Positions 46,152-54,727 of a stretch of 64,000 nucleotides of DNA are shown here, piece by piece. Numbering within the stretch: the first letter of the stretch is position 1; each line of letters begins with the position of its first letter. Source of the DNA: an uncultured Candidatus Saccharibacteria bacterium (lineage in GTDB: Bacteria; Patescibacteriota; Dojkabacteria; B142; OLB20); assembly GCA_964461915.1 (NCBI GenBank), contig CAYWVD010000001.1, forward strand, positions 299,168 to 363,167. Direction: 5' to 3'. Under the pieces are notes generated by a model. It was not told the origin of the DNA. It did not search any database and saw only the letters and a program-made list of their open reading frames with translations. The position numbers were made by a program, and so were the translations under genes.

Positions 46152-48692
46152 ATGAGTAATGATTTTCCTTTCAATCAATTTTCTGATTATCAAGGTCAAT
46201 CCGAAAGCACAGATATTACTCAACTCTTCTCCGAAAAAACTAAAGAAGCCATTCAAATTGCTGCTGAAATAGCTTTATCGAACAAACAACGAAACATTGA
46301 TACAGAGCATTTATTATTGGCTTTGTTTTCAAACGGCGATTTAAATAAAAATATTATTAAATCTCTTGATATTGATCCCGATGAGTTTAAGAAATATATT
46401 GAATCTCAAATATCAAAAGGTATTTCAGAATCTAACCAAATAGGAATCACTCCAAGAGCAAAGGAAGTCTTACACCTAGCTTTTCAAGAAGCTCTCGAAC
46501 TTAATCACAACTATATTGGTCCAGAACATCTTCTATTAGCTTTAATTCGTGAGAACGAAGGTTTGGCTTCTCAAATTTTGCAAAAACACGGCTTAACGCA
46601 TACAAAATTAAGGCAAGCTGTAATAAAAATCGTTGGCGAAGGTGATAAAGAGGGGAATAGTTTTAAAACAAAATCAAATACTCCAGAATTAGATAAATAT
46701 TCTAAAGATCTTACTATTGCCGCAAGAGAAGGCAAAATAGATCCTGTCGTAGGTAGATCCGATGAAATTACTCGAGTTATCGAAATTTTATCCCGAAGAA
46801 AAAAGAACAATCCGGTTTTAATAGGTGAGCCGGGGGTCGGTAAAACTGCGATAGTTGAAGGACTAGCGTCAAGGATAATTACAGGCAATGTTCCTGATAT
46901 TCTGAAGAACAAGCTAGTCAAATCGCTTGATATTGGTTTACTAATTGCTGGATCTAAATTTAGAGGCGAATTTGAAGAAAGGGCTAAAAATCTAATTACC
47001 GAAATTGAAAAAAGCAAAAGAGAAGTTATTCTTTTTATTGATGAACTACATACAATTGTTGGATCAGGAGCTCAAGAAGGTGAGCTAGATTTGGCAAATA
47101 TGATAAAACCGGCCCTTGCTAGGGGTGACCTTCAAGTTATTGGGGCAACAACAATTAATGAATATAAAAAATATATCGAAAAAGATGCTGCTCTTGAAAG
47201 GCGCTTTCAACCTATTCTTGTTGAAGAACCTAATGTGGAACAAACTATAGAAATCCTAAGAGGTATAAGGGATAGATACGAAGCACATCACAGATTAAAA
47301 ATTACCGATGAAGCTCTAGTTGCAGCAGCATCTTTGAGTGATCGATATATTAAGGATAGATTCCTTCCAGATAAAGCAATTGATGTAATTGATGAAGCCT
47401 CAAGTAAGGTTCGATTAAGAACAACGGCAGAGCCTGAAGCATTAAGAGAAATTCAAATGAAAATAGAAAAGCTTGAACGAGAAAGAGAATCTCTTACTCG
47501 TGAGTCTAAGCACAAAGAAGCAGCTGAAATTAAAATTACTATTGAACAAAAAAAAGAGGAAATGGCCCCATTAAGAGAAGAATGGAAAAGGCAAATAGGT
47601 ACAGGCAATCCTGAGGTAACTAAAGCTGATATCTATTTAGTCGTGTCAAAAATGACAGGTATTCCAATTACAGAAGTAACAGATTCCGAAAAACAAAATC
47701 TTCTTGATCTTGAAAAGCGCCTTCACGAAAGAGTTGTTTCTCAAGAAGAAGCAATAAAATTAGTATCGGAATCTATTCGAAGATCAAGGGTGGGATTGAA
47801 AAATCCAACAAGACCCATATCTTCTTTTATGTTTTTAGGGCCAACAGGTGTTGGTAAGACCGAATTAGCAAAAGCCCTTTCCGAATTAATCTTTGGCGAT
47901 GAAGAAGCCTTGATTAGGCTTGATATGACCGAATTTATGGAACCTCATTCAGTTGCAAAATTAATTGGAGCTCCTCCAGGTTATGTCGGATTTGAAGAAG
48001 GTGGACAATTGACTGAAAAAGTCCGAAGACATCCTTATTCAGTAATTCTTTTAGATGAAATTGAAAAAGCTCATCCTGATGTATTTAATATTCTACTTCA
48101 AATTTTAGATGATGGTAGATTATCAGATTCAAAAGGCAAAACAGTTGATTTTAAAAACACAATAATTATTGCGACAAGTAATATTGGGTCTAATGTCATT
48201 TTGCAAACCTTAACTGATATCTTTAACCAAACAACATCCAAGCCAACAAATAATGGATTGATAAAAATGAAGTCCGATATTCAAAAAGACTTTAATACAA
48301 ATTCGACAATAAAGAAAAAATGGGGAGACATGCAAAATGAACTTAATACACTTTTGAAAAATACTTTTAAACCTGAATTTTTAAACCGACTTGATGAAAT
48401 AATTATATTTAAACCGCTATCACAAAGAGACCTAGCATCTATAGTACGCCTCATGATCGAAAAGACTAGAAGACTTCTAACTGCACAAAAAATGAATCTT
48501 GTAGTCAGCGAAAATGCAATTCGTGAGATAGCAAGATTAGGATACGATCCTCAATTTGGCGCAAGGCCATTAAGAAGAATAATTCAAAGACATATTGAAA
48601 ATCCGATCTCTTTAGCTATACTTGAAAACAAGTATAAAGAGGGGTCAGTTATAAAAGTTGATTTTAATAAAAAATTTATTTTTTCGAATTAG
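46152..48692 (+). CDS. clpC: ClpC/ClpB-family AAA+ chaperone (two NBDs, Clp_N repeats)
   Basis: 846 aa. Two Clp_N repeats (GPEHLLLAL x2), Walker A GEPGVGKTA and GPTGVGKTE, short middle coiled coil (ClpC-like), and a roughly 25-aa insertion in the D2 small domain. Confidence 0.85.
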   Translation: MSNDFPFNQFSDYQGQSESTDITQLFSEKTKEAIQIAAEIALSNKQRNIDTEHLLLALFSNGDLNKNIIKSLDIDPDEFKKYIESQISKGISESNQIGITPRAKEVLHLAFQEALELNHNYIGPEHLLLALIRENEGLASQILQKHGLTHTKLRQAVIKIVGEGDKEGNSFKTKSNTPELDKYSKDLTIAAREGKIDPVVGRSDEITRVIEILSRRKKNNPVLIGEPGVGKTAIVEGLASRIITGNVPDILKNKLVKSLDIGLLIAGSKFRGEFEERAKNLITEIEKSKREVILFIDELHTIVGSGAQEGELDLANMIKPALARGDLQVIGATTINEYKKYIEKDAALERRFQPILVEEPNVEQTIEILRGIRDRYEAHHRLKITDEALVAAASLSDRYIKDRFLPDKAIDVIDEASSKVRLRTTAEPEALREIQMKIEKLERERESLTRESKHKEAAEIKITIEQKKEEMAPLREEWKRQIGTGNPEVTKADIYLVVSKMTGIPITEVTDSEKQNLLDLEKRLHERVVSQEEAIKLVSESIRRSRVGLKNPTRPISSFMFLGPTGVGKTELAKALSELIFGDEEALIRLDMTEFMEPHSVAKLIGAPPGYVGFEEGGQLTEKVRRHPYSVILLDEIEKAHPDVFNILLQILDDGRLSDSKGKTVDFKNTIIIATSNIGSNVILQTLTDIFNQTTSKPTNNGLIKMKSDIQKDFNTNSTIKKKWGDMQNELNTLLKNTFKPEFLNRLDEIIIFKPLSQRDLASIVRLMIEKTRRLLTAQKMNLVVSENAIREIARLGYDPQFGARPLRRIIQRHIENPISLAILENKYKEGSVIKVDFNKKFIFSN

Positions 48693-48697
48693 GATTT

Positions 48698-49837
48698 ATG
48701 AAGATTTTCCAAGTAACAACATTTTATCATCCAATCACAGGCGGGGTAGAATCACATGTTGCATCTTTAGCGCATGAATTAAAAGAGCTTGGCCACGAGG
48801 TGACAATCTTAACAAGTGACTCATCAAAAGTCGGTCCGAGGATAAAAGTAAAAGACGGTCAATTTGAAGGAATCTTTGTGAAAAGATTCTTTACATGGTT
48901 TTCGTTAAGCCAGTACCATAGATTTTACCCAGCCCTTTTCTTTTATTTACTGTCGCACGATTTTGACATTGTTCATGTTCATGGATTTAGAAAATTTGAA
49001 ACTTATTTGGCTCTTTGGGCAGCAAAGATTAAACATAGAAAAATAGTTTTAACTTCACACAATCCTTTTCCAACAACCACTAGGAGTAAATTATCTGAAA
49101 TGTTTGTTAAGATTCATGATGCAACTTTGGGTAAATGGTTTACTCGAAGTATGGATAAAATAATAACAATCTTGAAATCTGAGAACGAAATATTTGAAAC
49201 AAAATTTAAAGTTCCCAAAGAAAAAATCAAAACTGTTTTTAATGGATTAAATCCTATTTTCCTTCAAGATGGAAAGGCAAATGAATTCTATTCTGAATAT
49301 GGTATTAAAAGAGAAGAGTGGGATTCTATCGTTGTTGCCGGCGGAAGAATGAACTATGCAAAAGGTTTCCAATTCCTAAAAAAGGCCGTCAAATCCTTAC
49401 CAAATGTCTTATTTTTTATAGCAGGCGGTGATGATGGCTATTTATCAACTTTAAAACAGATTTATTATGATCTACCCAATATTATATTTAATGGAAAGTA
49501 TTTACCACAGGACAAATTGATAAATATATATGCCGGTGGCGATATATTTGTTCTTCCAAGTATTCACGAAGCCACCGGCGGAATGATGCTTGAGGCCTTA
49601 TCGCAAGGTTGTGATATAATTGCGACCAATCAAGGCGGTACAATTGAATATTTAGGAAAAGACTTCGGAACTTTCATCAAGCCCGACGATGAAGATGCTT
49701 GGCTAGAAGAAATCCAAAAAAGAGTAGGGAAGACTAAAAAAACAAAAGTCCGAATTCAAAAGGCCAAGGATTTTTTACAAAACTATCGCTGGGATAATTT
49801 AACTAATAAAATTAATCAAATTTACAAATCATTATGA
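48698..49837 (+). CDS. GT4-family glycosyltransferase
   Basis: 379 aa. GGVESHV N-terminus and C-terminal EATGGMMLEALSQGCDIIATNQGG (EX7E motif). Confidence 0.75.
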   Translation: MKIFQVTTFYHPITGGVESHVASLAHELKELGHEVTILTSDSSKVGPRIKVKDGQFEGIFVKRFFTWFSLSQYHRFYPALFFYLLSHDFDIVHVHGFRKFETYLALWAAKIKHRKIVLTSHNPFPTTTRSKLSEMFVKIHDATLGKWFTRSMDKIITILKSENEIFETKFKVPKEKIKTVFNGLNPIFLQDGKANEFYSEYGIKREEWDSIVVAGGRMNYAKGFQFLKKAVKSLPNVLFFIAGGDDGYLSTLKQIYYDLPNIIFNGKYLPQDKLINIYAGGDIFVLPSIHEATGGMMLEALSQGCDIIATNQGGTIEYLGKDFGTFIKPDDEDAWLEEIQKRVGKTKKTKVRIQKAKDFLQNYRWDNLTNKINQIYKSL

Positions 49838-50385
49838 AATCAATCCTCTCAAAGAATCAATATTCTTATCCTTTAATTATTTGGTCCGAATCCGATGATC
49901 ACACTAAGGTCTACCTGGCTTCAGATAAAAATACAATAAAGCAAATTTTCGAATTCAAAGATTGCAACTTAAATACCTCTATCAAAAATCTTGAATCCAA
50001 ATTAAATATTCCGAATTTGTTCGAGAAATCTTGTTTTGGTGATGAATCTATAATTCCAATAAATACTTTTGAATTTGACGAAAACGACCTAAGCTGGTCT
50101 GCATTTGAAAAATATATTATTGAAAATTATTCAAAATATAATCCCAATAAGGATTTATCCAAAGATGTTAATGCCGAATTAGAACACAATTATTTGGCTG
50201 ACTTTGCCTCTTCAATTTATGAATGTTTATACTCATCAATAATTCTATTCTTAATAAACCAATCAACGGAAATCGGAATCACCGAAATCCTTTTTGTAGG
50301 GGACTTAATATTCGACGAAAGGTTTAACAAGCTTATCAATAGGGACTTACCAGAGACAATCAATATTTCGATGGTAAATTTGTAA
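49834..50385 (+). CDS. hypothetical protein translationally coupled to the GT4 gene
   Basis: 183 aa. ATGA overlap with the glycosyltransferase stop. No recognisable motifs. Confidence 0.3.
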   Translation: MKSILSKNQYSYPLIIWSESDDHTKVYLASDKNTIKQIFEFKDCNLNTSIKNLESKLNIPNLFEKSCFGDESIIPINTFEFDENDLSWSAFEKYIIENYSKYNPNKDLSKDVNAELEHNYLADFASSIYECLYSSIILFLINQSTEIGITEILFVGDLIFDERFNKLINRDLPETINISMVNL

Positions 50386-50423
50386 GTATCAATTGTCTTT
50401 GATATAATTATTTTCGTTTTAGT

Positions 50424-50495
50424 GGCCTCATCGTCTAACGGTTAGGACATCGGGTTTTCATCCCGACAATCGGAGTTCGATTCTCCGTGAGGTCA
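50424..50495 (+). tRNA. tRNA-Glu (anticodon TTC)
   Basis: Hand-folded cloverleaf: acceptor GGCCTCA/TGAGGTC, D stem GTCT/GGAC, anticodon stem TCGGG/CCCGA with loop TTTTCAT (anticodon TTC), T arm CGGAG-TTCGATT-CTCCG, discriminator A. Confidence 0.85.
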
Positions 50496-50497
50496 TA
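50479..50497 (+). repeat. direct repeat copy 1 (3' end of tRNA-Glu, att-like core)
   Basis: GATTCTCCGTGAGGTCATA, identical to 50662-50680. Confidence 0.7.
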
Positions 50498-50661
50498 AAA
50501 AAAAGAGCAGCATAGCTGGTCTTTTTTTTATGACTTTATTATATCGAACTGACAGTTCGACAATGAAGGGTTAACGAAAACGATTGAAATGAAGTTTGAG
50601 TTTACCTGAATTGATACTGAGCATCACAAACTCTAACGAAGTTAAGTGTTTTTTGCGCAGT

Positions 50662-50680
50662 GATTCTCCGTGAGGTCATA
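50662..50680 (+). repeat. direct repeat copy 2 (duplicated tRNA-Glu 3' end, att-like)
   Basis: Perfect 19-bp copy of the tRNA 3' end, 183 bp downstream. Classic signature of site-specific integration into a tRNA gene. Confidence 0.7.
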
Positions 50681-50691
50681 TATAAAACTCT

Positions 50692-51417
50692 CTAACCCAT
50701 TTGTCTATTCATTGCTGAAACTCTACTCCAAATTTGCGTATTTAATGTTTGCACTGGTTGTGTAGCATCTAATCTTAATACAAATTCATTTCCAATATGA
50801 CCAAAGATTTCTTCCATCATTGCATGCCTTATTTCTAAATCATCTTCCCTTGTAGGTTTACTTTTCGCACTATTCCTTCCTATAATTACATCTAGAGGGG
50901 CATATGGGTAAATTATTAAATCTGGAATTGGTGGAGATAAATAATAGCATGTTTGGTTAAATACTTGTGGAGTTAAATATCGATCTGCAAGCATCTCTGC
51001 TCCAGTAGCTAATACACTCGCAACCCCCCTATCAGATATAACAATTCCACCTTTGCGTCGACTTAAAGCTTGATTTACAATGCCAAATAAACCCCTTTGT
51101 AAGTTTAATCGATCTTCAAAAGAATCTTCTGCATGTTTTTGTAATTCTAATGCTTGTTCAAAGTTACTTATACTTTGTCTAAAGCCTTCAGATTCTCCGA
51201 AAGACCATCTTAATGTTGATAATTCAGTCAAAGTTTCTTGAGTACCGACCGCAGAACCTGAGCCCCTTGTTAATACGGCATTTACATTAGAGATTAGAGC
51301 TGTGGTGAGTAAGTTTTTACCAAGTAATGATTTTCCTACGCCATCGGGGCCTTCAAAGCAAAAGTAAAGGGTTCTCCTCCTGTTCTCCTCCTGTTCTCCT
51401 CCTGTTCTCCTCCTGTT
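50692..51417 (-). pseudogene. thymidylate-kinase-like P-loop kinase, 5'-disrupted (no in-frame start; in-frame TAA immediately upstream)
   Basis: Minus-strand open frame reads ...RRRTLYFCFEGPDGVGKSLLGKNLLTTALISNVNAVLTRGSGSAVGTQETL...VISDRG...ADRY..., which fits the Tmk P-loop/TRxxGG/DR(Y) layout. The only upstream ATG (51451-51453) is followed by an in-frame TAA (51418-51420) before the repeat tract. The ORF track calls only the 3' part from an internal TTG (50692-51231). GC content is clearly higher than the flanks. Confidence 0.45.
51372..51415. repeat. perfect 11-bp tandem repeat x4 (TTCTCCTCCTG; minus-strand CAGGAGGAGAA, containing AGGAGG)
   Basis: Four identical contiguous units read directly from the sequence. 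They lie at the 5' end of the Tmk-like frame. Confidence 0.9.
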
Positions 51418-51607
51418 TTATCCTGGCTTGCCTATTTGATACAAGCAAACCATTTAGGAATATTCCGGCTTGACCTGCAGCATCAATTACATTATTTGAA
51501 AGAGTCGTTAATAAATTTTAAAAAAATAATTATAGCACAAGGGTATATTATGTGTATATACATCCCTCCCCAAAAAACCATGATAGAATAACTAGTTATA
51601 ATTTAAA

Positions 51608-52486
51608 ATGAATTTCATGTTAGGAAGAGGACCTGAAGCACAAACTGGAAGAGAAACTAAACGAAGATTAGAGTCTAACCTCACTCCTGCCTTATTATTG
51701 TTAACCGGTTTGATCATCGGACTAACGGCCTGTACTACACCACCAGAAGAAATTCAAGCAAAAGTCACGGCGACAGCTACTCCAATACATATTCCACCAG
51801 CAACTGAAGTATCACCTAATCCACCCACAATGGATAACAGCTCAGTATCCTTATTCGATTTATGGTCACCTCGTGCTATTGAAGCTGAGGTGCTAACATT
51901 TCCGGACGGTAAAAAAATGAGCGTACCTTCTTGGCTGGTCGGGCCAAATGGAAGTGAATCATATTGGTCATCCGTAACTACCGAATTTGCTTATGATCCA
52001 GAGGCCCAAGGAGGTGTCGCTTATTTTGATTACCTAAATGACGATCCCCAAAATGCCGACAATATAACTGGTTGTAGTGTCGTAGCTGTTAAATTACCTC
52101 AGGTTACTGAAGACGGAATTGTCACTCCTCAATTTTTTAAAGTGCTGGCAGTTAAAGAAACTGCAGGCACAATAATAGCTTGTGATTTAGCATTAAACCT
52201 TTGGGATCTTGATCAAAAAATGTCTCCCGACGAAGGAACTGTTCTTCAATCATTTACTGATGGCCTTGCTGCTTTAGCAGTAATGGAACCTAAAAATCCT
52301 TTTGGAATACAGTACAAAGGAGATCCAGAATGGGATAAAATTATGGGATCTTACACAGTAGCCCCTGATTGTGTAACAAAAAGTGTTTTAGATGCAATAT
52401 ATTATTTTTGCAAACAGGGTACGATTCGCCCTCCACAGCCTGAAGACCCGCTACTTTGCGATTATCCTATCCCCACTTGTCCATGA
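51608..52486 (+). CDS. putative lipoprotein (higher-GC islet gene)
   Basis: 292 aa. Hydrophobic h-region ending LIIGLTAC (lipobox-like L-T-A-C), Thr/Pro-rich linker, Cys-containing C-terminal domain. Composition differs from neighbouring genes. Confidence 0.45.
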   Translation: MNFMLGRGPEAQTGRETKRRLESNLTPALLLLTGLIIGLTACTTPPEEIQAKVTATATPIHIPPATEVSPNPPTMDNSSVSLFDLWSPRAIEAEVLTFPDGKKMSVPSWLVGPNGSESYWSSVTTEFAYDPEAQGGVAYFDYLNDDPQNADNITGCSVVAVKLPQVTEDGIVTPQFFKVLAVKETAGTIIACDLALNLWDLDQKMSPDEGTVLQSFTDGLAALAVMEPKNPFGIQYKGDPEWDKIMGSYTVAPDCVTKSVLDAIYYFCKQGTIRPPQPEDPLLCDYPIPTCP

Positions 52487-52502
52487 AACCAGCCATAAAT
52501 AC

Positions 52503-53159
52503 CTAAGGATAAATTCCCACCCTACTTACATTATTCTCTAATAAATTTTGGCAAAAGTTTTCACCCGAATTTGAATTATAGTCGGCATATAGCAAGCCCT
52601 GATCTTCATTTATAGGTAAATAACAGGAATTTTTATTATTGTTACAAGAGATCTTTTTAGCGACAAATCCTTCTACTAAAGAGAAATTTTCGGTCGCACA
52701 ACCGCCTGCAATAACATATTCATTTAGTTCATTGGATTTTAACCAAGAGATTTGGTGCCATTTATTATCTTTTAGGGCAAAATACGCAGTATTTGAATCC
52801 ATTCTTGTAACATAATCCGATTCCCAATTATCTCCGCTTTGGACCATTTGGCTTTCAAATTCGGCTACAGAATCCACATAATCTATATAAACAAAATGAA
52901 ACAATTTAAAATTACTTTTATTCGTTAAGCTAGGAAATCCAAAGATTGCAACTTGACCATCTTTGAAATTTAAAATTATGCGTTCTTCATCTTCCTTATT
53001 AAAAACAATAGGGGACTCAGTTACATTTTCGCTATCTAAGGGGCCAGCATTAGTTGGTATTTGAGATGGCTTTTGAGTCAAACCAATAACGACCACAATC
53101 AAAATTAAAACAATTATAATGATTATCCCGAGGATAATTAAAATTGATTTCTTCTGCAT
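52503..53159 (-). CDS. hypothetical membrane-anchored extracytoplasmic protein
   Basis: 218 aa. N-terminal Ile/Leu/Val-rich TM, then a soluble domain with several Cys. Confidence 0.3.
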   Translation of the reverse strand: MQKKSILIILGIIIIIVLILIVVVIGLTQKPSQIPTNAGPLDSENVTESPIVFNKEDEERIILNFKDGQVAIFGFPSLTNKSNFKLFHFVYIDYVDSVAEFESQMVQSGDNWESDYVTRMDSNTAYFALKDNKWHQISWLKSNELNEYVIAGGCATENFSLVEGFVAKKISCNNNKNSCYLPINEDQGLLYADYNSNSGENFCQNLLENNVSRVGIYP

Positions 53160-53175
53160 TTTTAATTTTTTAAAA

Positions 53176-54690
53176 TTAAAGATTTGTGTATTGCATTACA
53201 CGATCAATAATTGTTTTAAAAGTTGGATGAGATTCTTTTAATTCAAGCGGTTGAAAATAGACACAGCCATTTTTTTCGTTACGGCTTTGAAGATCAGCCA
53301 TAGTAATGTTTCCATTGAGATAATCATTTGTAATGTTTTTGCTTGTTATGAATGGGCCGCATGATAAATGAGGTTGCAGCTCAATACTTTTTAGTTCGCC
53401 ACCATAATAGTAGAGCATTGCATTCATACCTTGTCTTGTTGGGTCAGTATGGTTTTGGTCGAATAGAAAGTTCCCTAGAGAATATATTATTGGTTTGCCA
53501 TTGTAAATTTCAATATTTTGGACCCAATGGGGATGAGACCCAATTACGAGGTCAACTCCGTTATCGATCAATGCGTGAGCCAATTCAACTTGAAAGTTCG
53601 TGGCTTTATTCGTGTATTCAACACCCCAACTCATATATGCGACTAAATAGTCGATCGTATTGTCTGTCTTAATTTTTGTGAGCTGTTTAACGCGATCATA
53701 ATCGACATTCGCATTCATATTTTTACTAAACCAGTTTGTACCCCAATACGCCGTCCCCTTGTTCCAATAATATCCTGCAACCGTGTCAGCGGAAACAAAT
53801 CCGATCCGTCTGCCATCGACTTCTTTTATTGCTGGCTGGATTTTTTCATAGTCGTTTTTTCCTGCACCGACATGAAGGATCCCTACTTCATCAAGATTTT
53901 TAATTGTATTTGCGAAGCCTGACTGGCCACCATCTCCAGCATGATTGCCAGCTAAGCTCAATACATCAAATCCAACCGATTTTAATCCATCTGCGTTTTG
54001 TTCATCGCCGACAAAAGCCATACAACCAGTGCAGGGTGATGGATTCCCATTAATGGGATTTTCCAGTAAACCCATTGAAATATCAGCAGATTCTAATTCA
54101 TCTTTGAAAAAATCATACATGTATGTGTAATTATTGTTTTTATTAAGAGCAAGTCTATCAACAGCCCGAGCAGGAATTATCTCTCCTGTAAAAAAGAACG
54201 ATGTTTTATTTTTAACAATCGGTTCCTTATAATCAGAAGGTTTTTCAATTATTTGAACTGTTTTTAAAGGATAGTTATCGGTTAATAGAGATTTATCCCA
54301 AAAATTAAAACCTTCAATTGATAAAGTCTTATATTTAAAATTTACTTCTTCCGGAGTAAGCAATCCTTTGTACCCATCATTGATCTTATTTTCAATTTCA
54401 GAAGCTTCAACAAATTCAACTTCTTTTCCGGGGAAGATTTTTTGAACATCTTCAAATGATCCAGTAATAGCAAAAATCTTTTCATTAGAAAATTCTTCAA
54501 GTGTGTAATTTGTTTTAATATCTTTAAAGTTTCCAACAGGAACATAAAATTTAGTGATAGTGATTTTGGGTATCTGTGTAACGATTACATTGTCTGTTAT
54601 GGATAAATTTACCTTAAAGGCAAAGGCAACAATAATTGCGAACAGCAAAACAAATACAAAACACAAAATAAATCGGGAATACTTTTTCAT
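53176..54690 (-). CDS. CapA/PgsA-family (PGA_cap) metallophosphoesterase, membrane-anchored
   Basis: 504 aa. N-terminal TM. SVGFDVLSLAGNHAGD, MSWGVEY and VDLVIGSHPHWVQ motifs of the CapA family. Confidence 0.7.
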   Translation of the reverse strand: MKKYSRFILCFVFVLLFAIIVAFAFKVNLSITDNVIVTQIPKITITKFYVPVGNFKDIKTNYTLEEFSNEKIFAITGSFEDVQKIFPGKEVEFVEASEIENKINDGYKGLLTPEEVNFKYKTLSIEGFNFWDKSLLTDNYPLKTVQIIEKPSDYKEPIVKNKTSFFFTGEIIPARAVDRLALNKNNNYTYMYDFFKDELESADISMGLLENPINGNPSPCTGCMAFVGDEQNADGLKSVGFDVLSLAGNHAGDGGQSGFANTIKNLDEVGILHVGAGKNDYEKIQPAIKEVDGRRIGFVSADTVAGYYWNKGTAYWGTNWFSKNMNANVDYDRVKQLTKIKTDNTIDYLVAYMSWGVEYTNKATNFQVELAHALIDNGVDLVIGSHPHWVQNIEIYNGKPIIYSLGNFLFDQNHTDPTRQGMNAMLYYYGGELKSIELQPHLSCGPFITSKNITNDYLNGNITMADLQSRNEKNGCVYFQPLELKESHPTFKTIIDRVMQYTNL

Positions 54691-54727
54691 TTAGTTTTTA
54701 TCCTTCAATAAATCAATTATAATTGAA

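Noticed and set aside
48190-48400. Roughly 25-aa insertion between the sensor-2 region and the FKPEFLNR motif of the ClpC D2 small domain
   Set aside because: Length variation in this loop is common among Clp/Hsp100 proteins. There are no separate domain signatures, so it was not treated as a novel feature.
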